This document shows, piece after piece, positions 47,332-54,500 of a DNA stretch of 64,000 nt. The notes beneath the pieces were generated by a model, which saw nothing but the letters and a program-made list of their open reading frames with translations, did no database searches and was not told the DNA's origin. How positions within the stretch are numbered: the stretch's first letter is position 1; each line of letters begins with the position of its first letter. Made by a program: the position numbers and the translations under genes. This DNA is from a virus: the IMG/VR virus record IMGVR_UViG_3300028833_000003. One strand, 5' to 3'.

Positions 47332-47360
47332 TTGACAAACTGCTCACCCTCTGGTATAAT
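47332..47360 (+). promoter_or_regulatory. promoter P21
   Basis: TTGACA, 17 nt, TGg+TATAAT. Confidence 0.8.
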
Positions 47361-47411
47361 AAAAGAGAAGAAAGGGAAGGACACCCTACAAACCAGAAAG
47401 GAATTGATACC

Positions 47412-47777
47412 ATGACTAACAAAATGACTTACTCTGATGCCCTCCGCAACGCTATCGCCACTGTCACTGATGAAGCTACCAAGTCCCGCCTTGAAGATTT
47501 GCTGGTTTCCATTGAAAAGCGTTCCAACTCTGAGCGCAAGCCCACCAAGGCCCAGCTGGAAAAGCAGGAAGAAAACAAGGCCCTGGCTGAGGTTGTGTTC
47601 AAGGTGCTGTCTGCTCACAGGGTTGAAGCTTCTGTCGCTGAGCTGAAAAAGCTGGACGATCAGCTTGTCGATCTGTCCTCCCCTAAGCTGACCGCTGTGC
47701 TGAAAATCCTGATCGACCAGAACAAGGTTTCTAAGGATGACAGTGGAAGGGTTGCCAAGTACATCGCCCTTGACTAA
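47412..47777 (+). CDS. winged-helix-like early protein, paralog 2 of 4 (121 aa)
   Basis: Closest to the 53469 copy (…KKLDD.(L/F)VDLSSPK(L/I)TA(V/L)LKIL(I/M)D(Q/E)N…DDSGRVA(K/R)Y). Followed by a 10-bp hairpin with a GAAA loop (47784-47807). Confidence 0.75.
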   Translation: MTNKMTYSDALRNAIATVTDEATKSRLEDLLVSIEKRSNSERKPTKAQLEKQEENKALAEVVFKVLSAHRVEASVAELKKLDDQLVDLSSPKLTAVLKILIDQNKVSKDDSGRVAKYIALD

Positions 47778-47841
47778 CAAACAGAGGGCAGGGGAAACCC
47801 TGCCCTCCTCCCGCCCCGGGCCGAGAACCTTAAAAAAACTA

Positions 47842-47870
47842 TTGACAAGCTGACAATCCTGTGCTATAAT
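47842..47870 (+). promoter_or_regulatory. promoter P22
   Basis: TTGACA, 17 nt, TGc+TATAAT. Confidence 0.8.
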
Positions 47871-47905
47871 CTTATTGAAATCAATACGAAAGAGATGATG
47901 ACAAA

Positions 47906-48481
47906 ATGACAAGAGCAGAAATTATCGCCAATAATAATTTTGAAATCGCCAAAGAAAAATTTGAAAATGCAAGTCTGAGATGGTCTAATTATTGGTGGGA
48001 AGCTTGCGAAAAAATTTATAATGCAAGTAAAGAATGGGCAGAAAAATATATTCTTGATCCAGTAAAGCGTATTATCAAAAGAATTAAAAGAGTTTTAGGT
48101 GGCATTGATTGGAATGGTTTTGAACCCTTCCCGCATGGAGTACAGCAATTTTATTTGATTAGATTATTAAATGCCGAAGGTGAAAATGTTTGGAATAAAA
48201 TCGGCACTACATCTCGAGCAACATACATTCGCATGAAAGACCATCTAAAAAACGCTGACTATCGTAAGCATGGAGTAAAAACTATTCAAATCATCGGCCT
48301 GTGGGATTGTAAAAATGTAGACGCTGAAATTATTGAAAATCGCGTGCGCAAATATTTACGCAAAGATTACGAACAGCAATTCGTCCCAAATGATCGTTTT
48401 GAAATAGAATTTGATATTCCCTCCCTGTCTAAAATGATAGAAGAGACAATTGCATTTGAAAATAGTTTTATGTATAATTAA
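47906..48481 (+). CDS. T5orf172/GIY-YIG-like domain protein (191 aa) in an AT-rich insert
   Basis: The C-terminal half reads FYLIRLL..GE.VWNKIGTTSR...RMKDHL...AE.IE..VRKYL...NDRFE, which fits the KIGxT...R...E...F pattern of T5orf172 (recollection). Markedly more AT-rich than its neighbours. Confidence 0.45.
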   Translation: MTRAEIIANNNFEIAKEKFENASLRWSNYWWEACEKIYNASKEWAEKYILDPVKRIIKRIKRVLGGIDWNGFEPFPHGVQQFYLIRLLNAEGENVWNKIGTTSRATYIRMKDHLKNADYRKHGVKTIQIIGLWDCKNVDAEIIENRVRKYLRKDYEQQFVPNDRFEIEFDIPSLSKMIEETIAFENSFMYN

Positions 48482-48489
48482 AAAAGGGA

Positions 48490-48518
48490 TTGACAAATCC
48501 CTTCCCATGTAGTATAAT
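48490..48518 (+). promoter_or_regulatory. promoter P23
   Basis: TTGACA, 17 nt, TATAAT. Confidence 0.75.
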
Positions 48519-48544
48519 AATGGTGTTGAAAGGAGCTGATAAAC

Positions 48545-48694
48545 ATGGCGAACAAGAGCAAAAGCAAAGTCAAGAATAGCTATGAAATCAACAAAGGCAT
48601 TCGGCGCGATTGGGGCAACATCAACCCTGTTACAAAAATCATACCAGACAAGCGCAACAAGAAACCTAAGCACAAAAAAAATTGGGAAGAGTGA
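48545..48694 (+). CDS. small basic protein (49 aa, below the ORF-track cutoff)
   Basis: ATG follows GAAAGGAG. K/R-rich. TGA stop. Confidence 0.6.
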   Translation: MANKSKSKVKNSYEINKGIRRDWGNINPVTKIIPDKRNKKPKHKKNWEE

Positions 48695-48704
48695 TACACA
48701 CCTA

Positions 48705-48733
48705 TTGACAAATTTAAAAAAATGTGATATAAT
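48705..48733 (+). promoter_or_regulatory. promoter P24
   Basis: TTGACA, 17 nt, TGa+TATAAT. Confidence 0.8.
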
Positions 48734-48765
48734 AATTATAGAAAATCAGAAAGGAAGTGTGCGTA

Positions 48766-49215
48766 ATGGCAAAGCAACAGCGGCAACCCACTCCACCTAC
48801 CAGAGAATGGATTGATGAATGGATTGACAAGTATTTGGAAGAGCATCCAAATGAAATCATTGAAGATTTCCAAGGGCTGGAAGATCAAGCTGACTATGAG
48901 TGGTGGTGCAAAGAGATTGACGCAGGACGCCCCACACCTTACGACTTGACCAAAGAGCAAGAAAAGGAAAGCCACAAAGCAAGAGTAACGCCTGGCGGAA
49001 GTGGCAAGCCCAAGGCAAACACTGAGCGCAAGCGCAAGCCCAATGACACAAAGAGAACCATTATCGGCTGGGTTCAAACCTTGTTTGAAGGTTTCGCTCT
49101 TAATGACAAAGTGGCTAATGTGATTGTCTCCAATGTTGAAAGGTCAATAGATTTTGAAATGGATGGCAAGCATTATACATTGAGCCTGACAGAGCATCGC
49201 CCACCTAAAAAGTGA
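48766..49215 (+). CDS. early protein, family B paralog 1 of 2 (149 aa)
   Basis: Shares EQAD(Y/C)EW..K..DAG....YDLTKEQEKE..KA...RKRKP and the C-terminal ...HRPPK with 53968..54396. Confidence 0.7.
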   Translation: MAKQQRQPTPPTREWIDEWIDKYLEEHPNEIIEDFQGLEDQADYEWWCKEIDAGRPTPYDLTKEQEKESHKARVTPGGSGKPKANTERKRKPNDTKRTIIGWVQTLFEGFALNDKVANVIVSNVERSIDFEMDGKHYTLSLTEHRPPKK

Positions 49216-49262
49216 GCGGTGCTTTTTTTCGGCCCGGGCCAAAAATTTTTTTCGCAAACCTA

Positions 49263-49291
49263 TTGACAAACCTCTTTCAGAGTGCTATAAT
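49263..49291 (+). promoter_or_regulatory. promoter P25 (sole promoter for the five genes 49328-50495)
   Basis: TTGACA, 17 nt, TGc+TATAAT. Leader hairpin GTTCCAAGGGAAC at 49298-49310. Confidence 0.8.
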
Positions 49292-49327
49292 AACATTGTT
49301 CCAAGGGAACAGAAAGGAAGTAAAATT

Positions 49328-49564
49328 ATGAAACCTATCAAAATTGCTGGCACTGTCTTTGATGCTGATGCACTTTCTATTGAAGCAATTGATGCGTTAA
49401 TTGAAAAACTTGAAGAAGCAAAATGCACACAACGCCGCAAAAAGGCAGAAGAATACGCAGAGAAAATTCATAACTTAATTATCGAAGCAAAACAGCAAGA
49501 TTTAAATGTGATGATTGACAATGAATGGATCCCTGATGATTTCAGAGTTGATGTTTATATCTGA
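49328..49564 (+). CDS. hypothetical early protein (78 aa)
   Basis: GAAAGGAAG RBS. Confidence 0.7.
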   Translation: MKPIKIAGTVFDADALSIEAIDALIEKLEEAKCTQRRKKAEEYAEKIHNLIIEAKQQDLNVMIDNEWIPDDFRVDVYI

Positions 49565-49599
49565 TAATACAAATAAGCAATAGAAAGGAAATAAAAGCA

Positions 49600-49815
49600 A
49601 TGTATAAAACAACTTGGATGATCACTGATGAAAGTGATGAAGGCACATTCCAGACAGAGCTGACCTTGTATCATTTTGGCAAGCGTCCCAAGTTCCCTCG
49701 CTGGTACATGGGAGAAAATCATTCTTATCAGATTGAAATGATTTGGAATTTCCATCTGATTGTTCGCCCTTCTATTTTCTTTAAATGCCTGACCCATCAA
49801 TACATTATCAGATGA
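49600..49815 (+). CDS. hypothetical early protein (71 aa)
   Basis: GAAAGGAAA RBS. Confidence 0.6.
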   Translation: MYKTTWMITDESDEGTFQTELTLYHFGKRPKFPRWYMGENHSYQIEMIWNFHLIVRPSIFFKCLTHQYIIR

Positions 49816-49830
49816 AAGGAAGTATCCACA

Positions 49831-50115
49831 ATGAGAGACGCGAAAAAAGGAACTTATAATGATAGTTATACTTATTGCCCTGTTAATGCGTATGGAGATT
49901 GTCCTTACTGTGACCAAAGTGATGTATGCCACATCGATGATCCTCTCAAAGATTGCGATGACTGGGGCGCGTTTTGGGAGAGCTGGGAAGACTGGCTAAA
50001 CGCTGATGATGCAAACCCTGATGCACCAGAGGATTTTGCGGAAGATGAAATCCGCTGGGCTGGTGATGTGTATGGCTATGAAGATACAATGGAGGACAAC
50101 AATGAATACTTATGA
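49831..50115 (+). CDS. very acidic, Trp-rich small protein with an N-terminal Cys cluster (94 aa)
   Basis: GAAAGGAAG RBS. CPxxxxxxCPYC...C...C, followed by a D/E/W-rich tail. Confidence 0.7.
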   Translation: MRDAKKGTYNDSYTYCPVNAYGDCPYCDQSDVCHIDDPLKDCDDWGAFWESWEDWLNADDANPDAPEDFAEDEIRWAGDVYGYEDTMEDNNEYL

Positions 50116-50275
50116 AATCATGATTAATTATCTTAACTATGTATTTCCAAACAGAAAATTTAGTAAAGAATATTTAGACATCCTTTACGCTATCTTTATA
50201 AAGGGATATGGCGAAGGCGAACTCGCGGGAGAAATTGAAGCAAATAAATATTGGAGCGAAAGGAAAGAAAAATAA
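50102..50275 (+). CDS. hypothetical early protein (57 aa)
   Basis: ATG lies 5 nt after GGAGGA and overlaps the upstream gene by 14 nt. Confidence 0.5.
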   Translation: MNTYEIMINYLNYVFPNRKFSKEYLDILYAIFIKGYGEGELAGEIEANKYWSERKEK

Positions 50276-50279
50276 ATAA

Positions 50280-50495
50280 ATGTATAATTATAATAATGAC
50301 CCATTTGCGAAGGGCACACAAAAATATCAACAAGAGATAGTCGCAAAAGCATTAAATGACCATTTGCTCAAATGTGTTAAAAATAGTTATTGGTGCGCTC
50401 ATTGCTCTCTAAATCATAGTGGCATCTGCTTTTTTGCAAAAGAATGTTTTGAGAATGATCGAAAATATTATAGAGAAGATGATGAGGAGGAATAA
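50280..50495 (+). CDS. Cys-rich small protein (71 aa)
   Basis: ORF with a weak AAGGAAAG RBS and an acidic C-terminus. Confidence 0.55.
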   Translation: MYNYNNDPFAKGTQKYQQEIVAKALNDHLLKCVKNSYWCAHCSLNHSGICFFAKECFENDRKYYREDDEEE

Positions 50496-50535
50496 ACTTC
50501 TCATTTTGCCCGGGCCAAAAAATTTCAAAAAAGTA

Positions 50536-50564
50536 TTGACAAGCTGAAACAAATGCTGTATAAT
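50536..50564 (+). promoter_or_regulatory. promoter P26
   Basis: TTGACA, 17 nt, TGt+ATAAT. The leader GTAATCAAGAGGAGGTAATCAA is nearly identical to that of P27. Confidence 0.8.
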
Positions 50565-50593
50565 AGCTATGTAATCAAGAGGAGGTAATCAAG

Positions 50594-50746
50594 ATGAAGA
50601 CTTTGAAGGTGCTGGCTGTGATTGGTTGCTTACTGACTATCTGGGGTCTGGTGTGGGGTATCTTCATCAAAGATTTCATTTGGGGTGCGTTTGTTGGTCT
50701 GGCGCTAATAATGCCTTATCTGGTTTGGGGAGATGAGGAAGAATGA
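50594..50746 (+). CDS. small membrane protein (50 aa)
   Basis: AGAGGAGG RBS. Two hydrophobic segments. TGA overlaps the next ATG (ATGA). Confidence 0.65.
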   Translation: MKTLKVLAVIGCLLTIWGLVWGIFIKDFIWGAFVGLALIMPYLVWGDEEE

Positions 50747-50901
50747 AAAGAAGTCTTTACAAGCGTTATGATGATTTAGCCTGCTGGGATTTGGACAAAG
50801 GATGTAGGCGCATCATTGACCAGTCTCGACCTGGTAGGCGTCGCCTGAAAAAGGTTCTTCGGCGTCAAGCGCGCAAGCGGTTAAATCAGCGGGAAGAATA
50901 A
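50743..50901 (+). CDS. small Arg/Lys-rich protein (52 aa)
   Basis: ATGA-coupled to the upstream gene. Confidence 0.5.
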   Translation: MKRSLYKRYDDLACWDLDKGCRRIIDQSRPGRRRLKKVLRRQARKRLNQREE

Positions 50902-50933
50902 CCGCCCGGGCGAAAAAAATTTCTAAAAAGCTA

Positions 50934-50962
50934 TTGACAACCTATCAAGATGGTGCTATAAT
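50934..50962 (+). promoter_or_regulatory. promoter P27
   Basis: TTGACA, 17 nt, TGc+TATAAT. Confidence 0.8.
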
Positions 50963-50991
50963 AAGCATGTAATCAAGAGGAGGTAATCAAA

Positions 50992-51507
50992 ATGACTAAG
51001 AACACTTACGAAGCTCGCGCCTATAAGTTCGCCACTTTCCTTGCTCGTCTGTTTGCTGGTTGCTCTTCTCTGGAAGATTTCATGTGGGCGCTGGACTATT
51101 ACAACGCTACGCACTCTCGCAAACTGCGCTGGGCGCATGGTGTTTCTCGCATTGCGATTATCCGCTCTGACTATGTTATCAAGTTTAACATGGTGCCTGA
51201 TGAAGAATGGGAAGATGGTCGCGCTGGCAACTGCGAAAGCGAAGAAGCGGTCTATGAGCGCGCCTGCGAAGATGGCTTTGAGTATCTGCTGGCTAAAACC
51301 ACTGTTTGCACCATCGAAGAACACACTTTCTCTATCATGCCTCGCATTAACCATGTGAATGATTGGACACGCGACTGGACAGAGTATTGCACTGATGAAG
51401 AATATAACTGGCTGGTGCAAAATGTGAATGACTTGCATGAAGGTAATGTGGGATACAGAAATCGAAAAGTGTGCGTAATCGACTACGCCTGGGACGCGGA
51501 AATGTAA
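50992..51507 (+). CDS. atypical protein-kinase-like early protein (171 aa)
   Basis: Contains DLHEGNVG....VCVIDYA, which looks like a DxHxGN catalytic loop plus a DFG-like IDY, and an upstream VIKF Lys. The TAA lies in a hairpin loop (51496-51512). Confidence 0.4.
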   Translation: MTKNTYEARAYKFATFLARLFAGCSSLEDFMWALDYYNATHSRKLRWAHGVSRIAIIRSDYVIKFNMVPDEEWEDGRAGNCESEEAVYERACEDGFEYLLAKTTVCTIEEHTFSIMPRINHVNDWTRDWTEYCTDEEYNWLVQNVNDLHEGNVGYRNRKVCVIDYAWDAEM

Positions 51508-51595
51508 TCCGCGCCCTTTTGCGTTCGACCGCGCGCTGCCGGATGTGGCGCGCGGCATTTGCCCCACAGCATACCCCACACAATTTTCGGCGCGA
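51508..51595. repeat. GC-rich intergenic element, copy E5
   Basis: ...CGACCGCGCGCTGCCGGATGTGGCGCGCGGCATTTGCCCCACAGCATACCCCACACAATTTT... Confidence 0.5.
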
Positions 51596-51637
51596 AAAAA
51601 AGTTCAAAAAAAACTTCAAAAAAATTCCTAAAACCTA

Positions 51638-51666
51638 TTGACAAGACCAGCGAAAGCGAGTATAAT
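51638..51666 (+). promoter_or_regulatory. promoter P28, with no credible ORF behind it
   Basis: TTGACA, 17 nt, TATAAT. The transcript would start AATAACTGTCAGGAGGG, the same 5' end as P16. About 100 nt before P29. Confidence 0.6.
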
Positions 51667-51768
51667 AATAACTGTCAGGAGGGCAAGAGAACATCCTCTC
51701 CCCTGATGGCACTGGCAAGGACGCTCTGACAAGATGCGGAAACTTCAAAAAAAAGTTTGAAAAACCCC

Positions 51769-51797
51769 TTGACAAAGCGCTGAAAGTGTGATACAAT
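51769..51797 (+). promoter_or_regulatory. promoter P29
   Basis: TTGACA, 17 nt, TGa+TACAAT. Confidence 0.75.
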
Positions 51798-51856
51798 AAG
51801 GATGTCAAATGAAGGGGAGCTGATAAACCCCACAAACAGAGAAAGAGGTAGATACC

Positions 51857-52240
51857 ATGATGAACACCAAGATGACTAACAAGAGCGCTCTGTCCTTTGT
51901 CCTGACCAACTGCGAAGTGCCTGCGGATGTCAAGGAGCGTCTGGAAGCGATGCTGGCTTCCCTTGAAAAGCGTTCTGAGAACGCCAAGGGCAAGGAGCGC
52001 AAGCTGTCTCCCAAGCAGGAGCAGGAGCGCAAGGAGCGTGAGGAGTTCCGCTCCAAGGTGTATGAGACTATGTGTGAGAACCTGAACTTCGAATACACCT
52101 GCAAGGGTCTGGCTGACCTGTTCGCTGTCTCTTCTCCCAAGATGGCGAACGCTCTGACCAAGCTGGTTGAAGCTGGCAAGGTTGAGCGTCTGGTTTCCAC
52201 CACCAACAAGTCCAAGGTGTGGTTCAAGGTGGTAGCGTAA
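51857..52240 (+). CDS. winged-helix-like early protein, paralog 3 of 4 (127 aa)
   Basis: Divergent copy (…LEKRSENAKGKERKLSPKQEQE…SSPKMANALTKL…). The TAA lies in the GTAA loop of the 9-bp hairpin 52228-52249. Confidence 0.7.
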   Translation: MMNTKMTNKSALSFVLTNCEVPADVKERLEAMLASLEKRSENAKGKERKLSPKQEQERKEREEFRSKVYETMCENLNFEYTCKGLADLFAVSSPKMANALTKLVEAGKVERLVSTTNKSKVWFKVVA

Positions 52241-52297
52241 GCTACCACCGCCCCACCTGGGGCGCGCCGGGGCCGAAAAAAAATTTTTAAAAACCTA

Positions 52298-52326
52298 TTG
52301 ACAAAGCTTTAAAACCGCTGTATAAT
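52298..52326 (+). promoter_or_regulatory. promoter P30
   Basis: TTGACA, 17 nt, TGt+ATAAT. Confidence 0.8.
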
Positions 52327-52372
52327 AAACATGTTCCAAGTGAGAACAAAAGAAAGAAAGGATTTGATAACA

Positions 52373-53029
52373 ATGGCTTCTAAGTATAATGACATTTTTG
52401 GTGATACTGAGACGCTGGGTCCGCTGGATAGCCCCATCATTTACAATGGTTACATGCATTGCAGGGAAACAGATGAAGAAGTAAATGCACTGATTAATGA
52501 ATATTTCTTCAACCTTGAAAAATTCGCCACAGCGTATTATGCAAACAAGCGTCCGCAATATTTGGACGATTTGTGGGACAGCAAAATCTTTGCTGAAAAT
52601 TTTTGGGACTTCCGCAAAAAAGTGCTTGCCATGCTCAACCCCAATAAAAAGAACAGATTTTTCGCTCACAATGCGAGATTTGATGTTATGGCATTGAATA
52701 ACACTTGCAGAGCGTTAAGCGATGGAAAAGTGAAATATTTCTTCCCCTATGAAGTTGAAGTTTGTGATACTCTCAAAATGGCGCGTCAAGTTGTCGCAAA
52801 AATGCCCACCTACATCAAATACTGTCAAGAGAATGGATACATGACCAAGCACAAGACGCCCAGGGTTCGCCTGACCGCTGAAATTCTTTACAGATTTATT
52901 ACAAAAGATGAAGAATTTAATGAAGAGCACAGAGGGAAAGAAGATGTTCTGATCGAAGAAAAAATTTATGACTACATCAAGAGACAGCATAAAAAGTGCA
53001 ATCCTGCGCTCTACGCCCGCAAGGCATGA
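52373..53029 (+). CDS. DnaQ-like DEDDh 3'-5' exonuclease (218 aa)
   Basis: ExoI GDTETLG, ExoII FFAHNARFDV and ExoIII EHRGKEDV (H-x4-D). ATG follows GAAAGGA. Confidence 0.55.
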   Translation: MASKYNDIFGDTETLGPLDSPIIYNGYMHCRETDEEVNALINEYFFNLEKFATAYYANKRPQYLDDLWDSKIFAENFWDFRKKVLAMLNPNKKNRFFAHNARFDVMALNNTCRALSDGKVKYFFPYEVEVCDTLKMARQVVAKMPTYIKYCQENGYMTKHKTPRVRLTAEILYRFITKDEEFNEEHRGKEDVLIEEKIYDYIKRQHKKCNPALYARKA

Positions 53030-53081
53030 GCGCAGGCGGCCCGGGCCGAAAATTGTATACAAAAAAAATTTCAAAAACCTA

Positions 53082-53110
53082 TTGACAAGAACCTGAATCA
53101 GCAGTATAAT
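53082..53110 (+). promoter_or_regulatory. promoter P31, with no credible ORF behind it
   Basis: TTGACA, 17 nt, TATAAT. The transcript would start with hairpin GTCCC/GGGAC. About 130 nt before P32. Confidence 0.6.
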
Positions 53111-53239
53111 ATAAGTGTCCCAAGGGGCAAGGGACAGTCAAGGCCAGGTTGCCGAAAGTCAACAGAGACAATACGCATGGACTACAGAAACATTTGGCCA
53201 TTAGCAAACACAATGTGCGAAAAAAGTTTGCGAAACCCC

Positions 53240-53268
53240 TTGACAAAGCCCACAACCTGTGGTATAAT
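53240..53268 (+). promoter_or_regulatory. promoter P32, with no credible ORF behind it
   Basis: TTGACA, 17 nt, TGg+TATAAT. About 120 nt before P33, with no ATG after the AAAGGAAAGGGG. Confidence 0.6.
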
Positions 53269-53391
53269 GCAAATGTAAGATAAAGGAAAGGGGAAAAATA
53301 AAAAGCCACCCCAATCCCAATGCGCAAAAATGCAAGGCTTTGCTTCCATGTGCTTCTTACAAAGTCAAGAAATAAAAAATAAAAAAAGTTC

Positions 53392-53420
53392 TTGACAAAC
53401 ACCACAAAGCATGATATAAT
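53392..53420 (+). promoter_or_regulatory. promoter P33
   Basis: TTGACA, 17 nt, TGa+TATAAT. Leader hairpin TGTTCCAAGAGAACA at 53426-53440. Confidence 0.8.
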
Positions 53421-53468
53421 AAAGATGTTCCAAGAGAACAAAAGGAAAAAAAGAAAGAGGTAATGAAA

Positions 53469-53858
53469 ATGACTAACATCACCAAGAACATGAAGTACGC
53501 TGACATCCTCTCCATCCTGCATGGCGAAAATCCTGCCTATGGTTGCTCCATCGAAACTCTGACCGCTTTCATCGAACATGAAATGGAACTGACCGCGAAA
53601 AAGAACGCGGCTCCCAAGAAGCCTTCCAAGGCTCAGGTGGAGAAGCAGGAGGAGAACAAGGTTCTCGCTCAGACGCTGTTTGAAGTCCTCGCGGCTCATG
53701 GTAAGGATGTAAGCGTCGCGGAAATCAAGAAACTGGATGATCGCTTTGTGGATCTGTCCTCTCCCAAAATCACTGCGCTGTTGAAAATCCTGATGGATGA
53801 AAACCGCATGGTCAAAGATGATAGCGGAAGGGTGGCAAGGTATCAGGTTCTCGCCTGA
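53469..53858 (+). CDS. winged-helix-like early protein, paralog 4 of 4 (129 aa)
   Basis: The second ATG lies 8 nt after AGAGG. Close paralog of 47412..47777. Confidence 0.75.
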   Translation: MTNITKNMKYADILSILHGENPAYGCSIETLTAFIEHEMELTAKKNAAPKKPSKAQVEKQEENKVLAQTLFEVLAAHGKDVSVAEIKKLDDRFVDLSSPKITALLKILMDENRMVKDDSGRVARYQVLA

Positions 53859-53910
53859 TACCTCCGCCCCTCGCGGGCCCGGGCGCGAAAAAAACATTTT
53901 CAAAAAGGTA

Positions 53911-53939
53911 TTGACAAGCTGATTGCAAGGTGCTATAAT
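53911..53939 (+). promoter_or_regulatory. promoter P34
   Basis: TTGACA, 17 nt, TGc+TATAAT. Confidence 0.8.
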
Positions 53940-53967
53940 AGAACCATCGAAAGGAGCTGATGACAGT

Positions 53968-54396
53968 ATGACGAAGGAACAGTACATTGAACAGTATCTC
54001 GATGAGTATGAGCGCAAGCACCCTGATGAACGAATTGATTATGAAAAGTTGCGTGAGCAGGCTGACTGTGAATGGTATGACAAGCAGGTAGATGCAGGCA
54101 AGAAGACTGAATACGATTTGACCAAGGAGCAAGAGAAGGAAGCCAAGAAGGCTCGACAGTATGCCAAGTCTGACAAGGAGCGCAAGAAGGTTGTGCGGGA
54201 GCGCAAGCCTGATGAGGACAAGCGCGAAATCATCGAAGTCATTGCACAGAATTTGAAGCGCGTTTGTACTGAGGATGACCAAATGGCAAAGGAAATCACT
54301 GTTGTAAATCCTGAGCGTGAAGTCACCTTTATTTTGCGGGGCGTTGAATACAGCGTCCAGGTTATCAAGCATAGACCGCCCAAGGCCCCTCAGTGA
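53968..54396 (+). CDS. early protein, family B paralog 2 of 2 (142 aa)
   Basis: ATG follows GAAAGGAG. The TGA lies within hairpin 54384-54402. Confidence 0.7.
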   Translation: MTKEQYIEQYLDEYERKHPDERIDYEKLREQADCEWYDKQVDAGKKTEYDLTKEQEKEAKKARQYAKSDKERKKVVRERKPDEDKREIIEVIAQNLKRVCTEDDQMAKEITVVNPEREVTFILRGVEYSVQVIKHRPPKAPQ

Positions 54397-54432
54397 GGGG
54401 CCGCCCGGGCGAAAAAAAATTTTTAAAAAGTA

Positions 54433-54461
54433 TTGACAAGTGCGCGAATGGATGCTATAAT
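54433..54461 (+). promoter_or_regulatory. promoter P35
   Basis: TTGACA, 17 nt, TGc+TATAAT. Leader hairpin at 54467-54484. Confidence 0.8.
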
Positions 54462-54500
54462 AATGGTGTTCCAAGAGAGAACAGAAAGGGCTGATAAAGA

